From NCBI GenBank assembly GCA_964482695.1, contig CAYZYP010000001.1, positions 68,143 through 132,142 of the forward strand: a stretch of 64,000 bases of DNA, written 5' to 3'. Numbering within the stretch: position 1 is the first letter of the stretch; each line of letters begins with the position of its first letter. Of the stretch, positions 25,058 to 34,925 are shown piece after piece. Position numbers and translations under genes: made by a program. This stretch comes from an uncultured Gammaproteobacteria bacterium. Its GTDB lineage: Bacteria; Patescibacteriota; Patescibacteriia; Magasanikbacterales; GWA2-37-8. The notes under the pieces are model-generated. The model made no database searches. It was not told the DNA's origin and saw only the letters and a list, made by a program, of their open reading frames with translations.

Positions 25058-26665
25058 ATGTTTACAGAAGTTTTTACTATTTTACCATTAGCCTGTGCCA
25101 TATCAGTGGCATTATTTGGTTTTTTTATTTTGTCAAATAATTATAGATCAAGAATGAATCAATTGATGTTTGGTTTTTGTTTATCTATGTTTTTTTGGCA
25201 ATTTGGTACTTTTATGATGTTTGGCACCAGAGTAGACGACACGCATACAGCTGTTTTTTGGGATAGATTTGTTTATATAGGCGTGGTGTTTATGCCATCT
25301 TTAATGCATCATTTTAGTTTGATTTTTACTGATAATAAAAAACAGAGAAGTTTATTGGTTATAAATTATATTTTATCTTTTTTATTTTTAGTTGCTAGCC
25401 GTTCGGAATATTTTGTTAGTGATTTATTTATATACTCTTGGGGCGCTCATTCAAAAGCAAAAATTTTACACACAGTATTTTTAGGTTATTTTTTCTTGGG
25501 CACAGGTCTATTTTTCTTTAATGTTTATAGATATTACCGAGCGGCAAAAGAAAAAATAGTTAAAATACAATCTATCTATGTATTTTTGGCTTTTGCTATT
25601 GTTATTTTTATTGGTGGCTCGGCCTATTTATATGCTTATGGCATAGACACAAAATTTCCTTTTGCCTATTTTACTGGTTTAATTTTTCCTGTTTTACTTT
25701 TTTACGCGGTTACCAAACACCATTTATTAGGTGGTAAAATGATACTTATCGAAGTATTAGTTGGTTTGGCTTGTTTTGTTTTGTTAACAGAGATGTTTTT
25801 GGCGAGATCAACTAGCGAATTAATTATCAGAATATTGATTGCTTTGATTATAACAATGATTGGCGTGCTATTAGTTATTTCCGTACGCAAAGAAATCCAG
25901 CGTCGCGAAGAAATCACCCAACTAGCCCACTCGCTAGAAAAAGCCAATTTGCGGCTAAAAGAATTAGACCAGCAAAAAACAGAATTTTTATCCATTGCTT
26001 CACACCAATTGCGCACGCCATTGTCGGTTTTAAATGGTTATCTGGAACTGTTAAAAGATGGCGACTATGGCAAGCCCACCAAAGGCATGTTAGAAGTAAT
26101 AGACAATATGGAAATCAGTAATGGTCATTTGGTAAAATTAATAGATAACTTTTTAGATATTTCGCGCATAGAACAAGGCCGAACCAAATTTAATTTTATT
26201 CAAGTAGATTTGTGTAAATTAGTCGCTAGCGTGGTAGAAGAATTACGCCAGCGCGCTTTGGATAAAGGCTTAAAAATTATTTGGCAGACAGAAGCTTGTT
26301 CTACCACCAAAGTAGAAGTAGACGAAGAGAAGATTAGGCATGTGGTGTTTAATTTTATAGATAATGCTATTAAATATACCGACAGTGGCACAATTAAGGT
26401 TAAGATGGAGCCAGAAGATAATGGCTTCGCAATAATGATAAAAGACCATGGGCTTGGTTTTGGTAAAGTAGACGAAGCTAATTTTTTTCAGAAATTTTAT
26501 CGCGGTGAAAATGTTAAGGGCATTAATGTCAATGGCACCGGTTTGGGCCTTTATGTCTGTCGCAAGTTTATAGAAGCCCATAATGGCAAAATTTGGGGCC
26601 ATAGCCAGGGCAAAAATAAGGGCAGTGAATTTGGTTTTTGGATACCGGCGAAGAGAAATGGGTAA
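25058..26665 (+). CDS. Membrane sensor histidine kinase (HisKA_7TM-like N-terminus)
   Basis: Multi-TM N-terminus; H-box FLSIASHQLRTPL; N-box NFIDNAIKY; G-boxes D.G.G and GTGLGL. Likely start MFTEVF. Confidence 0.9.
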   Translation: MFTEVFTILPLACAISVALFGFFILSNNYRSRMNQLMFGFCLSMFFWQFGTFMMFGTRVDDTHTAVFWDRFVYIGVVFMPSLMHHFSLIFTDNKKQRSLLVINYILSFLFLVASRSEYFVSDLFIYSWGAHSKAKILHTVFLGYFFLGTGLFFFNVYRYYRAAKEKIVKIQSIYVFLAFAIVIFIGGSAYLYAYGIDTKFPFAYFTGLIFPVLLFYAVTKHHLLGGKMILIEVLVGLACFVLLTEMFLARSTSELIIRILIALIITMIGVLLVISVRKEIQRREEITQLAHSLEKANLRLKELDQQKTEFLSIASHQLRTPLSVLNGYLELLKDGDYGKPTKGMLEVIDNMEISNGHLVKLIDNFLDISRIEQGRTKFNFIQVDLCKLVASVVEELRQRALDKGLKIIWQTEACSTTKVEVDEEKIRHVVFNFIDNAIKYTDSGTIKVKMEPEDNGFAIMIKDHGLGFGKVDEANFFQKFYRGENVKGINVNGTGLGLYVCRKFIEAHNGKIWGHSQGKNKGSEFGFWIPAKRNG

Positions 26666-26734
26666 CCCTTTCCTCATTCCTCAAAATATAGTATTATATA
26701 CCCACTAACTTAACTTAATTTAATTTTAACAAGT

Positions 26735-27220
26735 ATGATTTTTCAAAAGAAAACGACATTTTTAGAAGAAATGACAAATAATAACGCCAATTTAGTCACA
26801 CCTGCGCAATCCAGAGAAGATGATGACGTAGAGACAGTCGTTGGCCCATCTGTTCACGTAGAAGGGGATTTAAGCTCTTCTGGCAATATTCTGGTAAAAG
26901 GCATGGTATCCGGCAATGTAAATACTACCAAACATCTAACAGTAGAGCCAGGAGCCAAAATAGTAGCCAACGTACATGCCGGAAGTGCCAAGGTATCAGG
27001 TGAAATAAAAGGCAATGTTAAAATAAAAGATTCTTTAGAACTTACTTCTTCAGCGCGGATTTTGGGCGATATTTCGGTAAAAGTATTGACTGTTGAACCA
27101 GGCGCTGTTTTATACGGCAAAATTTCCATGCCAGGGATAGAAGCAACAGAAAAGCAAACACCAGGGAAAAGGATAATTAAGAAAAGCACTGGCGAGTCAA
27201 TGAATAATAACGAGGCATAA
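26735..27220 (+). CDS. Bactofilin (polymer-forming cytoskeletal protein)
   Basis: ETVVGPSVHVEGDL...V.G.V.GNV...A.I.A.V...V.GEIKGNV...L.VEPGA...GKI.M repeats. Confidence 0.9.
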   Translation: MIFQKKTTFLEEMTNNNANLVTPAQSREDDDVETVVGPSVHVEGDLSSSGNILVKGMVSGNVNTTKHLTVEPGAKIVANVHAGSAKVSGEIKGNVKIKDSLELTSSARILGDISVKVLTVEPGAVLYGKISMPGIEATEKQTPGKRIIKKSTGESMNNNEA

Positions 27221-27267
27221 ATCCTAAATTGACATAATGGGATTTTGGATTTCAGTTTTTTTAAGTT

Positions 27268-28032
27268 ATGTACGTCTATCTTTACGACAATTTTTTGCGT
27301 CATAAAAGTTTTTCTTCTACAATTAAAGCCATGGAAGTTAAATTAACAGACTATGGTATTGCCGGGAAAATTTTACGTTTGCATAATTATATTGACGTAA
27401 AACCGATAATTGATGATGAGATAAAAAAAGGCGCTAAAACCATTGTAATAGTGGGTAATGACGCCACCTTTGGCCAAGTATTATCGCGGGGAGCAACTTG
27501 TGATTGTGTTTTTGGTTTTTTGCCAGTAGGCCCGGATAATACCATTGCCGATGTGCTCGGTGTTTCAATTGGAGTTGATGCTTGTGACGTGTTATCACGT
27601 CGTCGCAAAGAAAAACTAGATGTAGGCTGGATGAACAATCGTTATTTTGTTTCCCAACTTAGAGTACCGCCAGCAAAAGTAGAAGTAATTTATGATGAAA
27701 AGTTTAAAGCTAGTTCTAGAGATAAAATGGAAGTTGTTGTCTGTAATTTACAGCCATTTTATTGGAAACGAGATAAAAAAGATTCCGAACAGCAAGTAGT
27801 TCATCCACAGGATGGAAAATTAGAAGCTTTTTTGCGGCCATTGACAAAAAAGCGTTGGTGGGGTTATAACTACGAAGAGCCGAGCGTCTTTCCGTTTGAA
27901 GAAATGGAAATAATCGGTGACGAGGCTTTTGCCGTAGAAGCAGATGGTAAATATTCAAAAGAAGTGCGGTTAAAAATACGTTTGGCGAGGAATAAGATAG
28001 AGATGATAGTAGGGAGAAATAGGAAGTTTTAG
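27268..28032 (+). CDS. Diacylglycerol-kinase-catalytic-domain family protein (divergent)
   Basis: IVIVGNDATF (GGDGT variant), GFLPVG..NTIA..LG, LDVG, DGKLE, ADG. Confidence 0.7.
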   Translation: MYVYLYDNFLRHKSFSSTIKAMEVKLTDYGIAGKILRLHNYIDVKPIIDDEIKKGAKTIVIVGNDATFGQVLSRGATCDCVFGFLPVGPDNTIADVLGVSIGVDACDVLSRRRKEKLDVGWMNNRYFVSQLRVPPAKVEVIYDEKFKASSRDKMEVVVCNLQPFYWKRDKKDSEQQVVHPQDGKLEAFLRPLTKKRWWGYNYEEPSVFPFEEMEIIGDEAFAVEADGKYSKEVRLKIRLARNKIEMIVGRNRKF

Positions 28033-28055
28033 TAAAAAACAAGTGTCATTCATTT

Positions 28056-28137
28056 GCCCGGGTGGTGAAATTGGTAAACACGCCATTTTGAGGTGATGGT
28101 GTCGCAAGGCTTGGAGGTTCGAGTCCTCTCCCGGGCA
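28056..28137 (+). tRNA. tRNA-Leu (anticodon GAG), CCA not encoded
   Basis: Acceptor GCCCGGG/CCCGGGC-A; D-loop with GG; anticodon stem CCATT/GATGG with loop TT-GAG-GT; long variable arm; GGTTCGAGTCC T-arm. Confidence 0.95.
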
Positions 28138-28152
28138 CTAAAATTAATTTTT

Positions 28153-28395
28153 ATGCGTTATTTAATCGGCTTGGCAATGGTTGGTTTTGGTGTTATATTA
28201 ATAATAAAGACCAAGTGGTTTGTAGAGAATTTTGGCACCAGTGCTTGGGCCGAAGAAAAAATGGGCACTGCTGGCGGCACGCGTTTGATGTATAAATTAA
28301 TTGGTTTGGGCTTTATATTTTTCGGCATGATGGTAATAACCAATATGATCGGTGGATTTTTAATGGCAACGATTGGGAAATTATTTATGAGATAA
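28153..28395 (+). CDS. Small membrane protein (80 aa)
   Basis: ATG just after the tRNA; two hydrophobic helices flanking FG...WAE.K.G..GG.R..YKLIG. Confidence 0.75.
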   Translation: MRYLIGLAMVGFGVILIIKTKWFVENFGTSAWAEEKMGTAGGTRLMYKLIGLGFIFFGMMVITNMIGGFLMATIGKLFMR

Positions 28396-28406
28396 ATTTA
28401 ATTATT

Positions 28407-28952
28407 ATGTCTCACTCGGGCACCGCTTTAATTGATCCGTATAAAGTTTTTGAAAAAGTAGGCTTATCTCCTGGGATGCGGGTGGCTGATTTTGGTTGTG
28501 GCCGCACTGGTCATTTTGTTTTCCCTAGCGCCAAAATAGTAGGTGAAAAGGGGATAGTTTACGCCATAGATATTATTAAAAACATATTAGAAAGCATCAA
28601 GAGCTTGGCAAAAAGCGAAGGTTATGATAATGTGCAAGTGATTTGGTCTGATGTTGAGCTTGTTGGGAAAACACCAATACCGGAAAATAGCCTAAATGCC
28701 TGCTTTTTTATCAATTTATTGTCCCAAGTAAAAGAAAGAGAAGCTGTTATCAAAGAAGCTTCGCGCTTATTGAAAAACGATGGTTATTTGGCCGTAATAG
28801 ACTGGCATAAAAAATTAGGTCTTTTGGGGCCCAGTGAAGCACAAAAAGTTTTGCCGGAATTGGTAATTAATTTTGCTAAAGATAGTAATTTAAAATTACA
28901 AGAAAGCACCATGATGAGCGATTACCATTATTTGTTGATTTTTAGAAAATAA
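28407..28952 (+). CDS. Class I SAM-dependent methyltransferase
   Basis: VADFGCGRTGH, VYAIDI, EASRLLK..G.L.VIDW. Confidence 0.88.
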   Translation: MSHSGTALIDPYKVFEKVGLSPGMRVADFGCGRTGHFVFPSAKIVGEKGIVYAIDIIKNILESIKSLAKSEGYDNVQVIWSDVELVGKTPIPENSLNACFFINLLSQVKEREAVIKEASRLLKNDGYLAVIDWHKKLGLLGPSEAQKVLPELVINFAKDSNLKLQESTMMSDYHYLLIFRK

Positions 28953-28958
28953 TATATT

Positions 28959-29351
28959 ATGAGTATACAAAATATTTTTATTATTAATTATTGGCTTAGC
29001 CAACCTTTGCCAGCTTATGGTTTTACACTATTATTATTAGTAGGCGGCTTTTTGTTTTTTATAATTGTTGGTTTAGTGCTAAGAATAGTGATACAGACTA
29101 AAAAAGACAAATCAATAAGAGTGGCTTTGAAACGTTTGAGTAATTTTTGTATGGTTATGGGGTTGCTTGGCCTGATGTGGATGTTTTTTCGTCAACAAAA
29201 CGTATTTTTTTTATCTTGGCGATTTTGGTTATTGATTTTGATAGGCATCGCCGCTTGGTGGTTAGTGCGTATTTTAGAATATGTTATTCGTCGCGTACCA
29301 GTAATTAAACAAGAGCAAGCTGAACGAGAGATAAAGGCTAGATATTTATAA
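28959..29351 (+). CDS. Hypothetical membrane protein (3 TM)
   Basis: Clean ORF within an operon; three hydrophobic segments. Confidence 0.7.
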   Translation: MSIQNIFIINYWLSQPLPAYGFTLLLLVGGFLFFIIVGLVLRIVIQTKKDKSIRVALKRLSNFCMVMGLLGLMWMFFRQQNVFFLSWRFWLLILIGIAAWWLVRILEYVIRRVPVIKQEQAEREIKARYL

Positions 29352-29360
29352 CTATATATT

Positions 29361-29720
29361 ATGTCAAGGAGGGCAAAAAATATAGGCGACTGGGGTGAAA
29401 ATCAAGCCGTAGAATTTTTAAGACGGCATGGTTTTGAAGTAAGAGAACGCAATTATCATGCCACAGTCGGAGAAATAGATATAATCGCCGTCAAAGACGG
29501 TGATTTTTATTTTATTGAAGTAAAGACAAGGTGTGGTAGATCTGATTTGGCTAATGATTTAACTATTACTAAAAACAAGAAATTCCGCTTGTCTAAAACC
29601 GTTAGACATTATTGCTATCATCGCCAAATAGTTAATACATCTTTGATTTTGGCTGGTCTGGTAGTGGCGGTAGATAGATATATCAAGAGGGTAAAATTTC
29701 GATTTTGCGTATTCTATTGA
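29361..29720 (+). CDS. yraN: YraN/UPF0102 family putative endonuclease
   Basis: G.WGE..A..FL...G..V.ERNY....GEIDII....FIEVKTR. Confidence 0.88.
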   Translation: MSRRAKNIGDWGENQAVEFLRRHGFEVRERNYHATVGEIDIIAVKDGDFYFIEVKTRCGRSDLANDLTITKNKKFRLSKTVRHYCYHRQIVNTSLILAGLVVAVDRYIKRVKFRFCVFY

Positions 29721-29745
29721 CTGTTATTAGTTTTTTTGTTAAAAT
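29717..29745 (+). promoter_or_regulatory. Sigma70-type promoter for ndk
   Basis: TTGACT-17 nt-TAAAAT with TG extension. Confidence 0.6.
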
Positions 29746-29778
29746 GTTGTTAATTAATAAAATTTAATATAATTTAGT

Positions 29779-30357
29779 ATGAATTTCAAACAAGAACGCA
29801 CTTATGTTATGATAAAACCAGACGGTGTTAAAAAGGGTTTGATTGGCGAAATTATTCGTCGTTTTGAACAGCGTGATTTAAAGATTGTTGCTTTGGAAAT
29901 GTTTATGCCCACCAGAGAGCAAATTGACAATCACTATCCAAAAGATGAAAGTTGGATAAGGCGTTTGGGGCAAAAAACATTAACCACTTATGAAAAATAT
30001 AAACTAGATCCAATGAAAGAATTAGGTGTTAACGACGAGTTTGAAATAGGGAAAATGGTACGTGGTTGGTTGGTAGATTACATGGTTTCTGCTCCTTTGG
30101 TACGAATGGTAGTAGAAGGCGTGCACGCTGTTGATATGGTAAGAAAAATTTGCGGGAATACTCTGCCATATTTAGCTGATATGGGAACAATCAGAGGTGA
30201 TTATTCTGCCGATTCGCCAGCCGTGGCCAATATGGAAAAAAGAGCTGTGATGAATTTGGCGCACGCGTCGGAAACAGCCACCGAAGCAGAGCACGAAATT
30301 AAACACTGGTTTGGGGATAGAGAAGTAATTTTTAAATATTCACGATTTACGGATTAG
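29779..30357 (+). CDS. ndk: Nucleoside-diphosphate kinase
   Basis: ERTYVMIKPDGV, GTIRGDY, N.AHAS catalytic His. Confidence 0.93.
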   Translation: MNFKQERTYVMIKPDGVKKGLIGEIIRRFEQRDLKIVALEMFMPTREQIDNHYPKDESWIRRLGQKTLTTYEKYKLDPMKELGVNDEFEIGKMVRGWLVDYMVSAPLVRMVVEGVHAVDMVRKICGNTLPYLADMGTIRGDYSADSPAVANMEKRAVMNLAHASETATEAEHEIKHWFGDREVIFKYSRFTD

Positions 30358-30390
30358 CAACCTTTATAGGTACGCCTTATAGGCACGCCT

Positions 30391-30482
30391 AAATGTTACG
30401 CATGGCGCCAAGGGATATGACTTTTTGGATCACAGGCTTTCGCCTGATGCCCAAAAAGTAATATCCCTTGGCGTGACGCATT
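30391..30482. repeat. Long hairpin element (family B), copy 2
   Basis: CGCCAAGGGATAT.ACTTTTTGG...CAGGC-TTTC-GCCTG...CCAAAAAGT.ATATCCCTTGGCG; flanks AAATGTTACGCATGG and TGACGC. Confidence 0.85.
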
Positions 30483-30493
30483 AATGAATAATT

Positions 30494-30515
30494 AAGACGC
30501 TGAGAAGCGTCTTTT
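30494..30515 (+). terminator. Terminator-like hairpin after ndk
   Basis: AAGACGC-TGAGAA-GCGTCTTTT. Confidence 0.55.
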
Positions 30516-30531
30516 GGATTAAGTTGAATAA

Positions 30532-30540
30532 TGGTATAAT
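30532..30540 (+). promoter_or_regulatory. Extended -10 promoter element for gpsA
   Basis: TGGTATAAT upstream of ATG 30579. Confidence 0.55.
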
Positions 30541-30578
30541 ATAGGATATATTTTGGCTAAAATATAAATTTAATTTTT

Positions 30579-31583
30579 ATGTCTAATACAAAATTAGTTG
30601 TCGCGGTTTTAGGCGCTGGCAATATGGGTACGGCAATTTCCCAGGTAATTGCCCAAAATGGTTATCAGGTTAATCTTTGGAATCACGAAGGTGACAAAGA
30701 ACCACTAGAGCAAATAGAAAAATATAGTGAAAATAAAAAATATTTATTAGGCGTAAAATTATCTAAAAATATTTTTCCTCAGCCGGATATTGCCAAGGCA
30801 GTAGAAAAAGTAAAGATAGTATTTTTTGTGGTACCTAGTTTTTTTATGGAGGCGGTAGTGAAAAAAGCGAGTAAATATTTGCAACTACGAACAGTTTGCG
30901 TGGACGTGTCAAAAGGCTTGGATGAAAAATCTTTGGGGCTTATTCCTGATATAATAAAAAAGAATTTACCGGTTTTATCGCGCCCACTGGTAGCTACTAT
31001 TTCTGGTCCAGCCATAGCTGGCGATATGGCTCGTGGCGGTTTTACGGCTATGAACGTAGCCTCGGCCAGTATTGATAGTATAAAATTAATTAAACAAGTA
31101 TTGGAAAATAATAATCTTAAACTTTTTCCGTCCAAAGATATAATTGGCATAGAGGTCACTGGTTCGTTTAAAAATGTATATGCTATAGCGATGGGGCTTT
31201 GCGATGGTTTAAAACTACCCATGAACACCAAAGCAGCGTTGCTTGTCTTTGCTTTAAGAGAAATTAGCGCATTGGTTAAAAAAATGGGCGGTCAAGCCAG
31301 TACTGTTTATGATTTGGCTGGCTTAGGGGATTTGGTTGGTACTGGTTTATGTGTTAGCAGTCGCAATCGTCATTTTGGCGAATTAATAGCGCTTGGCAAT
31401 AATATTGAAACCGCGATAAAGCAAGTAGGTCAGGTTGTAGAAGGGGTAAAAGCAGCCAAGGTTTTGCATGAATTAGGTAAAAAATATAAAATAAAAACTC
31501 CATTCGCGGAAATGATTTTTCGTGTGAGTAGCGGCAAGTTAAAATCCAAAGAAGCCATGAATAGATTTTTGAGGAGTTTATAA
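30579..31583 (+). CDS. gpsA: NAD(P)H-dependent glycerol-3-phosphate dehydrogenase
   Basis: LGAGNMGTA, SKG, SGP, KNVYAI, GLGDL..T....SRN, VEG. Confidence 0.94.
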   Translation: MSNTKLVVAVLGAGNMGTAISQVIAQNGYQVNLWNHEGDKEPLEQIEKYSENKKYLLGVKLSKNIFPQPDIAKAVEKVKIVFFVVPSFFMEAVVKKASKYLQLRTVCVDVSKGLDEKSLGLIPDIIKKNLPVLSRPLVATISGPAIAGDMARGGFTAMNVASASIDSIKLIKQVLENNNLKLFPSKDIIGIEVTGSFKNVYAIAMGLCDGLKLPMNTKAALLVFALREISALVKKMGGQASTVYDLAGLGDLVGTGLCVSSRNRHFGELIALGNNIETAIKQVGQVVEGVKAAKVLHELGKKYKIKTPFAEMIFRVSSGKLKSKEAMNRFLRSL

Positions 31584-31603
31584 AATTTAGGATTTGCCAA
31601 GTT

Positions 31604-33331
31604 ATGCATAAAAAATCTGAAATAGATACACCATTACGCGTTGTTTGCGTATTTTTATTATTAATAGTTTTAGCCATAATTGCTAAATTATTTATTTTGC
31701 AGGTGCTTGAAAATAAATATTATTCTGCTTTGGCCATGGATACCCAAGAAATATATAAACAGATAATTCCTCGTCGTGGTAATATTTATATTCAGGATAG
31801 CCGTGATAAAAAAGAATATCCAGCCGCTATTAATCGGCCGTATTATTTGGTTTATGCTGTTCCGCGGGATATTTTACCTAGTCAGCTGGTGTCAACCACT
31901 GATTTTATAGTTAAATTATTCAATTATGACGATCAAAAAAAACAAGAACTTTATAAAAGTTTTTCTAAGAAAGATGATCCATACGAACCAATAGCCAAAA
32001 AAGTATCCGAAGAAAATGTTAATAAAATTAAAGCCGCTCAATTAAAAGGTATTAGCTATGCTAGCCAGGAGTTTCGTTATTACCCCGAAGCCAATACAAT
32101 AGCGCACATAACTGGCTTTGTCGGCATGGAAAGAGACGGGCAAGCTATTGGTCGTTATGGATTAGAGGGGGCTTGGGAAAAAGAGTTGGCTGGGCGTAGT
32201 GGTTTTATGCTTGGAAAAAAGAGCGCGCTAGGAGGGCTAATTACTTTGGCCGGGCGTACTTTTAAACCATCAGAAAATGGCGCTGATTTAGTATTAACCA
32301 TTGATCGCGCTTTACAAAACAAAGCTTGCGTTACTTTAAAAAATGGCTATATTAGCTACAAAGCCAAGAGCGCGGCATTGGTAATGTTAGATCCTAACAC
32401 CGGAGCTATTTTAGCAATGTGCAGCCAGCCTGATTTTGATCCAAATGAATATAGCAAAGTGAGTGATATTAATGTTTATAATAATACCGCTATTTTTACC
32501 GCGTATGAACCTGGCTCTGTTTTTAAGCCAATAACCATGGCAATTGCTTTGGATTTAAATTTAGTTAATCCAACTACTTTATTTACTGATCCAGGCATGC
32601 GTTTAGTTAGTGGCTATAAAGTGTACAATGCTTTAAAAGCAACCTATGGCACAGTTAGCATGACAAAAGTGTTAGAGCAATCAATTAATACAGGCATGAT
32701 CTGGGTAGAAGAGAAAATAGGTATTAAGCGATTTAAAGAATATTTGAAAAATTTTGGTTTTGGACAAAAAATTGGAATAAAAATGGATACAGAAGTTGCT
32801 GGCGATATTTCTCCACTAGATCAACCAGCAGAAATTTATGGCGCTAACGCTTCTTTTGGACAAGGATTTAGCACGACCCCATTACAGTTGGCCATGGCAT
32901 ATGGCGCGTTAGCCAATGAAGGAAAATTATTAAAACCATATATAATAAAAGAAGTGCGATACGCGGATGGTCGGATAGAAAAAACCGAATCGCAAACTAT
33001 TGGAACAATTATTTCTAGCCGCGCTCAGAAATTAATTACCGGCATGTTAGTATCGGTAGTAGAAAATGGCGGCGGCATGTTTGCTAAACTAGAAGATTAT
33101 TATATAGCTGGCAAAACAGGCACGGCGCAAATAGCTAGCCCTACTGGCGGCTATAGCGAAGCTAGTAATCATACTTTTACTGGTTTTTTTCCTGCTAATA
33201 GCCCTAAATTTGTTTTAGTGGTAAAATACGAAGCGCCGCAACGTCAATGGGCAGAATCAACAGCTGCCATAACATTTAAAGAAATAGCTGATTTTGCTCT
33301 TAAATATTATGGTGTGAAAGGAGATAAATAA
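31604..33331 (+). CDS. Class B penicillin-binding protein (FtsI/PBP2-like transpeptidase)
   Basis: N-terminal TM; RG.I, RYYP, GLE, EPGSVFKP (SxxK), SIN, KTGTAQ. Confidence 0.92.
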   Translation: MHKKSEIDTPLRVVCVFLLLIVLAIIAKLFILQVLENKYYSALAMDTQEIYKQIIPRRGNIYIQDSRDKKEYPAAINRPYYLVYAVPRDILPSQLVSTTDFIVKLFNYDDQKKQELYKSFSKKDDPYEPIAKKVSEENVNKIKAAQLKGISYASQEFRYYPEANTIAHITGFVGMERDGQAIGRYGLEGAWEKELAGRSGFMLGKKSALGGLITLAGRTFKPSENGADLVLTIDRALQNKACVTLKNGYISYKAKSAALVMLDPNTGAILAMCSQPDFDPNEYSKVSDINVYNNTAIFTAYEPGSVFKPITMAIALDLNLVNPTTLFTDPGMRLVSGYKVYNALKATYGTVSMTKVLEQSINTGMIWVEEKIGIKRFKEYLKNFGFGQKIGIKMDTEVAGDISPLDQPAEIYGANASFGQGFSTTPLQLAMAYGALANEGKLLKPYIIKEVRYADGRIEKTESQTIGTIISSRAQKLITGMLVSVVENGGGMFAKLEDYYIAGKTGTAQIASPTGGYSEASNHTFTGFFPANSPKFVLVVKYEAPQRQWAESTAAITFKEIADFALKYYGVKGDK

Positions 33332-33357
33332 CTATTTTATAATATTTTTATTTTTTT

Positions 33358-34650
33358 ATGTTTAGATCTCTTGTTCAATATCTCTTGCGCGTGTTATCAA
33401 AAAAAATAATAAAGAAGTATAAGCCAGATGTAATTGGAATTACTGGTTCTATCGGCAAAACTTCGACCAAAGAAGCTATAACTGCTGTTTTGACCAAGAG
33501 TTTTTTTGTTCGTCGTAGTAATAAAAATTATAACAATGAATTTGGCTTGCCACTAGCTGTAATAGGCGTGGAAAAAAGCCCCAATAGTTCTGGTTTTGGT
33601 TGGTTGGGGGTTTTATTTAAGGCTATAAAATTGCTTTGCACGCGTGATAAGAATTACCCAGACATTCTAGTTTTAGAAATGGGCGCGGATAAACCGGGAG
33701 ATATCCAATATCTTACCGAAATAGCACCCTGTAAAATAGGTGTTTTAACTTTTATATCACACGCGCACACTGAATTTTTTAAGACAATTAAGAAAATAGC
33801 CCAAGAGAAACGAGTGATTGTTTCTCATTTACAGCGCGATGGTTTCGCGGTTTTAAATTATGACAATGAATTAGTTTTGCAATGCGCTCAAACCACCAAA
33901 GCCGAAGTAATAACCTATGGTTTTAAGCAAGGCGCTGATTTGCGAGCCTCTGATGTTAAAGTGATAAAAGACGAAACAACCGGTTGGCCAAAAGGTTTGA
34001 ATTTTAAAGTGATCTATAAGGGGAATATTATTCCGGTATTTTTGCCTGGAGTTATCGCTCAGCCACTGATAAACTCTGCTTTGGCCGCTTTAGCAGTAGG
34101 TATAATTTTGGGAGTAAATTTAATAGAAGGTGTTCAGGCTTTAAGAGAGCTGCCGGTTCTAGCTGGACATTTAACTATTGTGCCTGGCATCAAGAATACA
34201 TTAATTATAGATGATACTTGCAATTCTAGCCCAGAACCAACCAAAGCAGCTCTAACAGCCATAAAAGATATTGATATAAAACCAGGTGACAGAAGAATAG
34301 CTGTTTTAGCTGACATGTTAGAACTTGGCAAAGAAACTGAAAATGCTCATCGCGAGGTTGGTTTTAAGGTAGCCGAAGTTGGAATAGATTATTTAATAAC
34401 TGTTGGTGAAGCTGCCAAGCATATTGCTTTGGCCGCCAAAGAAGCTGGCTTAAACGAAGATAAAATTGCCAGTTTTAGCGACAGTGTTTCGGCTGGTAAA
34501 TTTTTACAAGAAAAACTAAAAGAAGGCGATGTGGTTTTGGTAAAAGGTTCACAGAGTATGCGAATGGAAAAAATAGTAAAAGAAGTTATGGCCGAACCGC
34601 TATTAGCGGAAAAGTTGTTGGTAAGACAGGGAGAAGAATGGATTTCATAA
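33358..34650 (+). CDS. murF: UDP-N-acetylmuramoyl-tripeptide--D-alanyl-D-alanine ligase
   Basis: GITGSIGKTSTKE, NYNNEFGLP, VLEMG, IIDD..N.SP, DMLELG, LVKGS. Confidence 0.9.
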   Translation: MFRSLVQYLLRVLSKKIIKKYKPDVIGITGSIGKTSTKEAITAVLTKSFFVRRSNKNYNNEFGLPLAVIGVEKSPNSSGFGWLGVLFKAIKLLCTRDKNYPDILVLEMGADKPGDIQYLTEIAPCKIGVLTFISHAHTEFFKTIKKIAQEKRVIVSHLQRDGFAVLNYDNELVLQCAQTTKAEVITYGFKQGADLRASDVKVIKDETTGWPKGLNFKVIYKGNIIPVFLPGVIAQPLINSALAALAVGIILGVNLIEGVQALRELPVLAGHLTIVPGIKNTLIIDDTCNSSPEPTKAALTAIKDIDIKPGDRRIAVLADMLELGKETENAHREVGFKVAEVGIDYLITVGEAAKHIALAAKEAGLNEDKIASFSDSVSAGKFLQEKLKEGDVVLVKGSQSMRMEKIVKEVMAEPLLAEKLLVRQGEEWIS

Positions 34651-34816
34651 TTTTTTTAATATTGTTTTAATAAAACTTCATAATTTATCCCCAAAATTTA
34701 CTTGCCAAAAAAATTTTGATGATGTAAAAAATATTTAAGGAGGGGAAAATATATAGCAAGTGCTTTATATTTTTCTAAAAGTATTTTTTACATTGTCCTT
34801 AGTACCCCTCCAAATA

Positions 34817-34894
34817 CCCGGCCGCTTATAGCGAGCAAGCAGCGGGCAGAAAAAGGAGGGTTTTTTGTTCTGCTTTGTTCGCTTAAGCGGCGGG
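34817..34894 (+). other. GC-rich imperfect hairpin in an intergenic region (possible structured RNA or palindromic element)
   Basis: CCCG.CCGCTTA.AGCGAGCAA...GCAGAAAAA / TTTTTTGTTC...TTGTTCGCTTAAGCGGCGGG; several mismatches are G-U compatible on +. Confidence 0.5.
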
Positions 34895-34925
34895 AAAGGG
34901 CGAATTAATTTAATAATTAAGCAAT

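Noticed and set aside
28093-28152. 5' extension of the 28093-28395 ORF
   Set aside because: Overlaps tRNA-Leu; the real start is probably ATG 28153.
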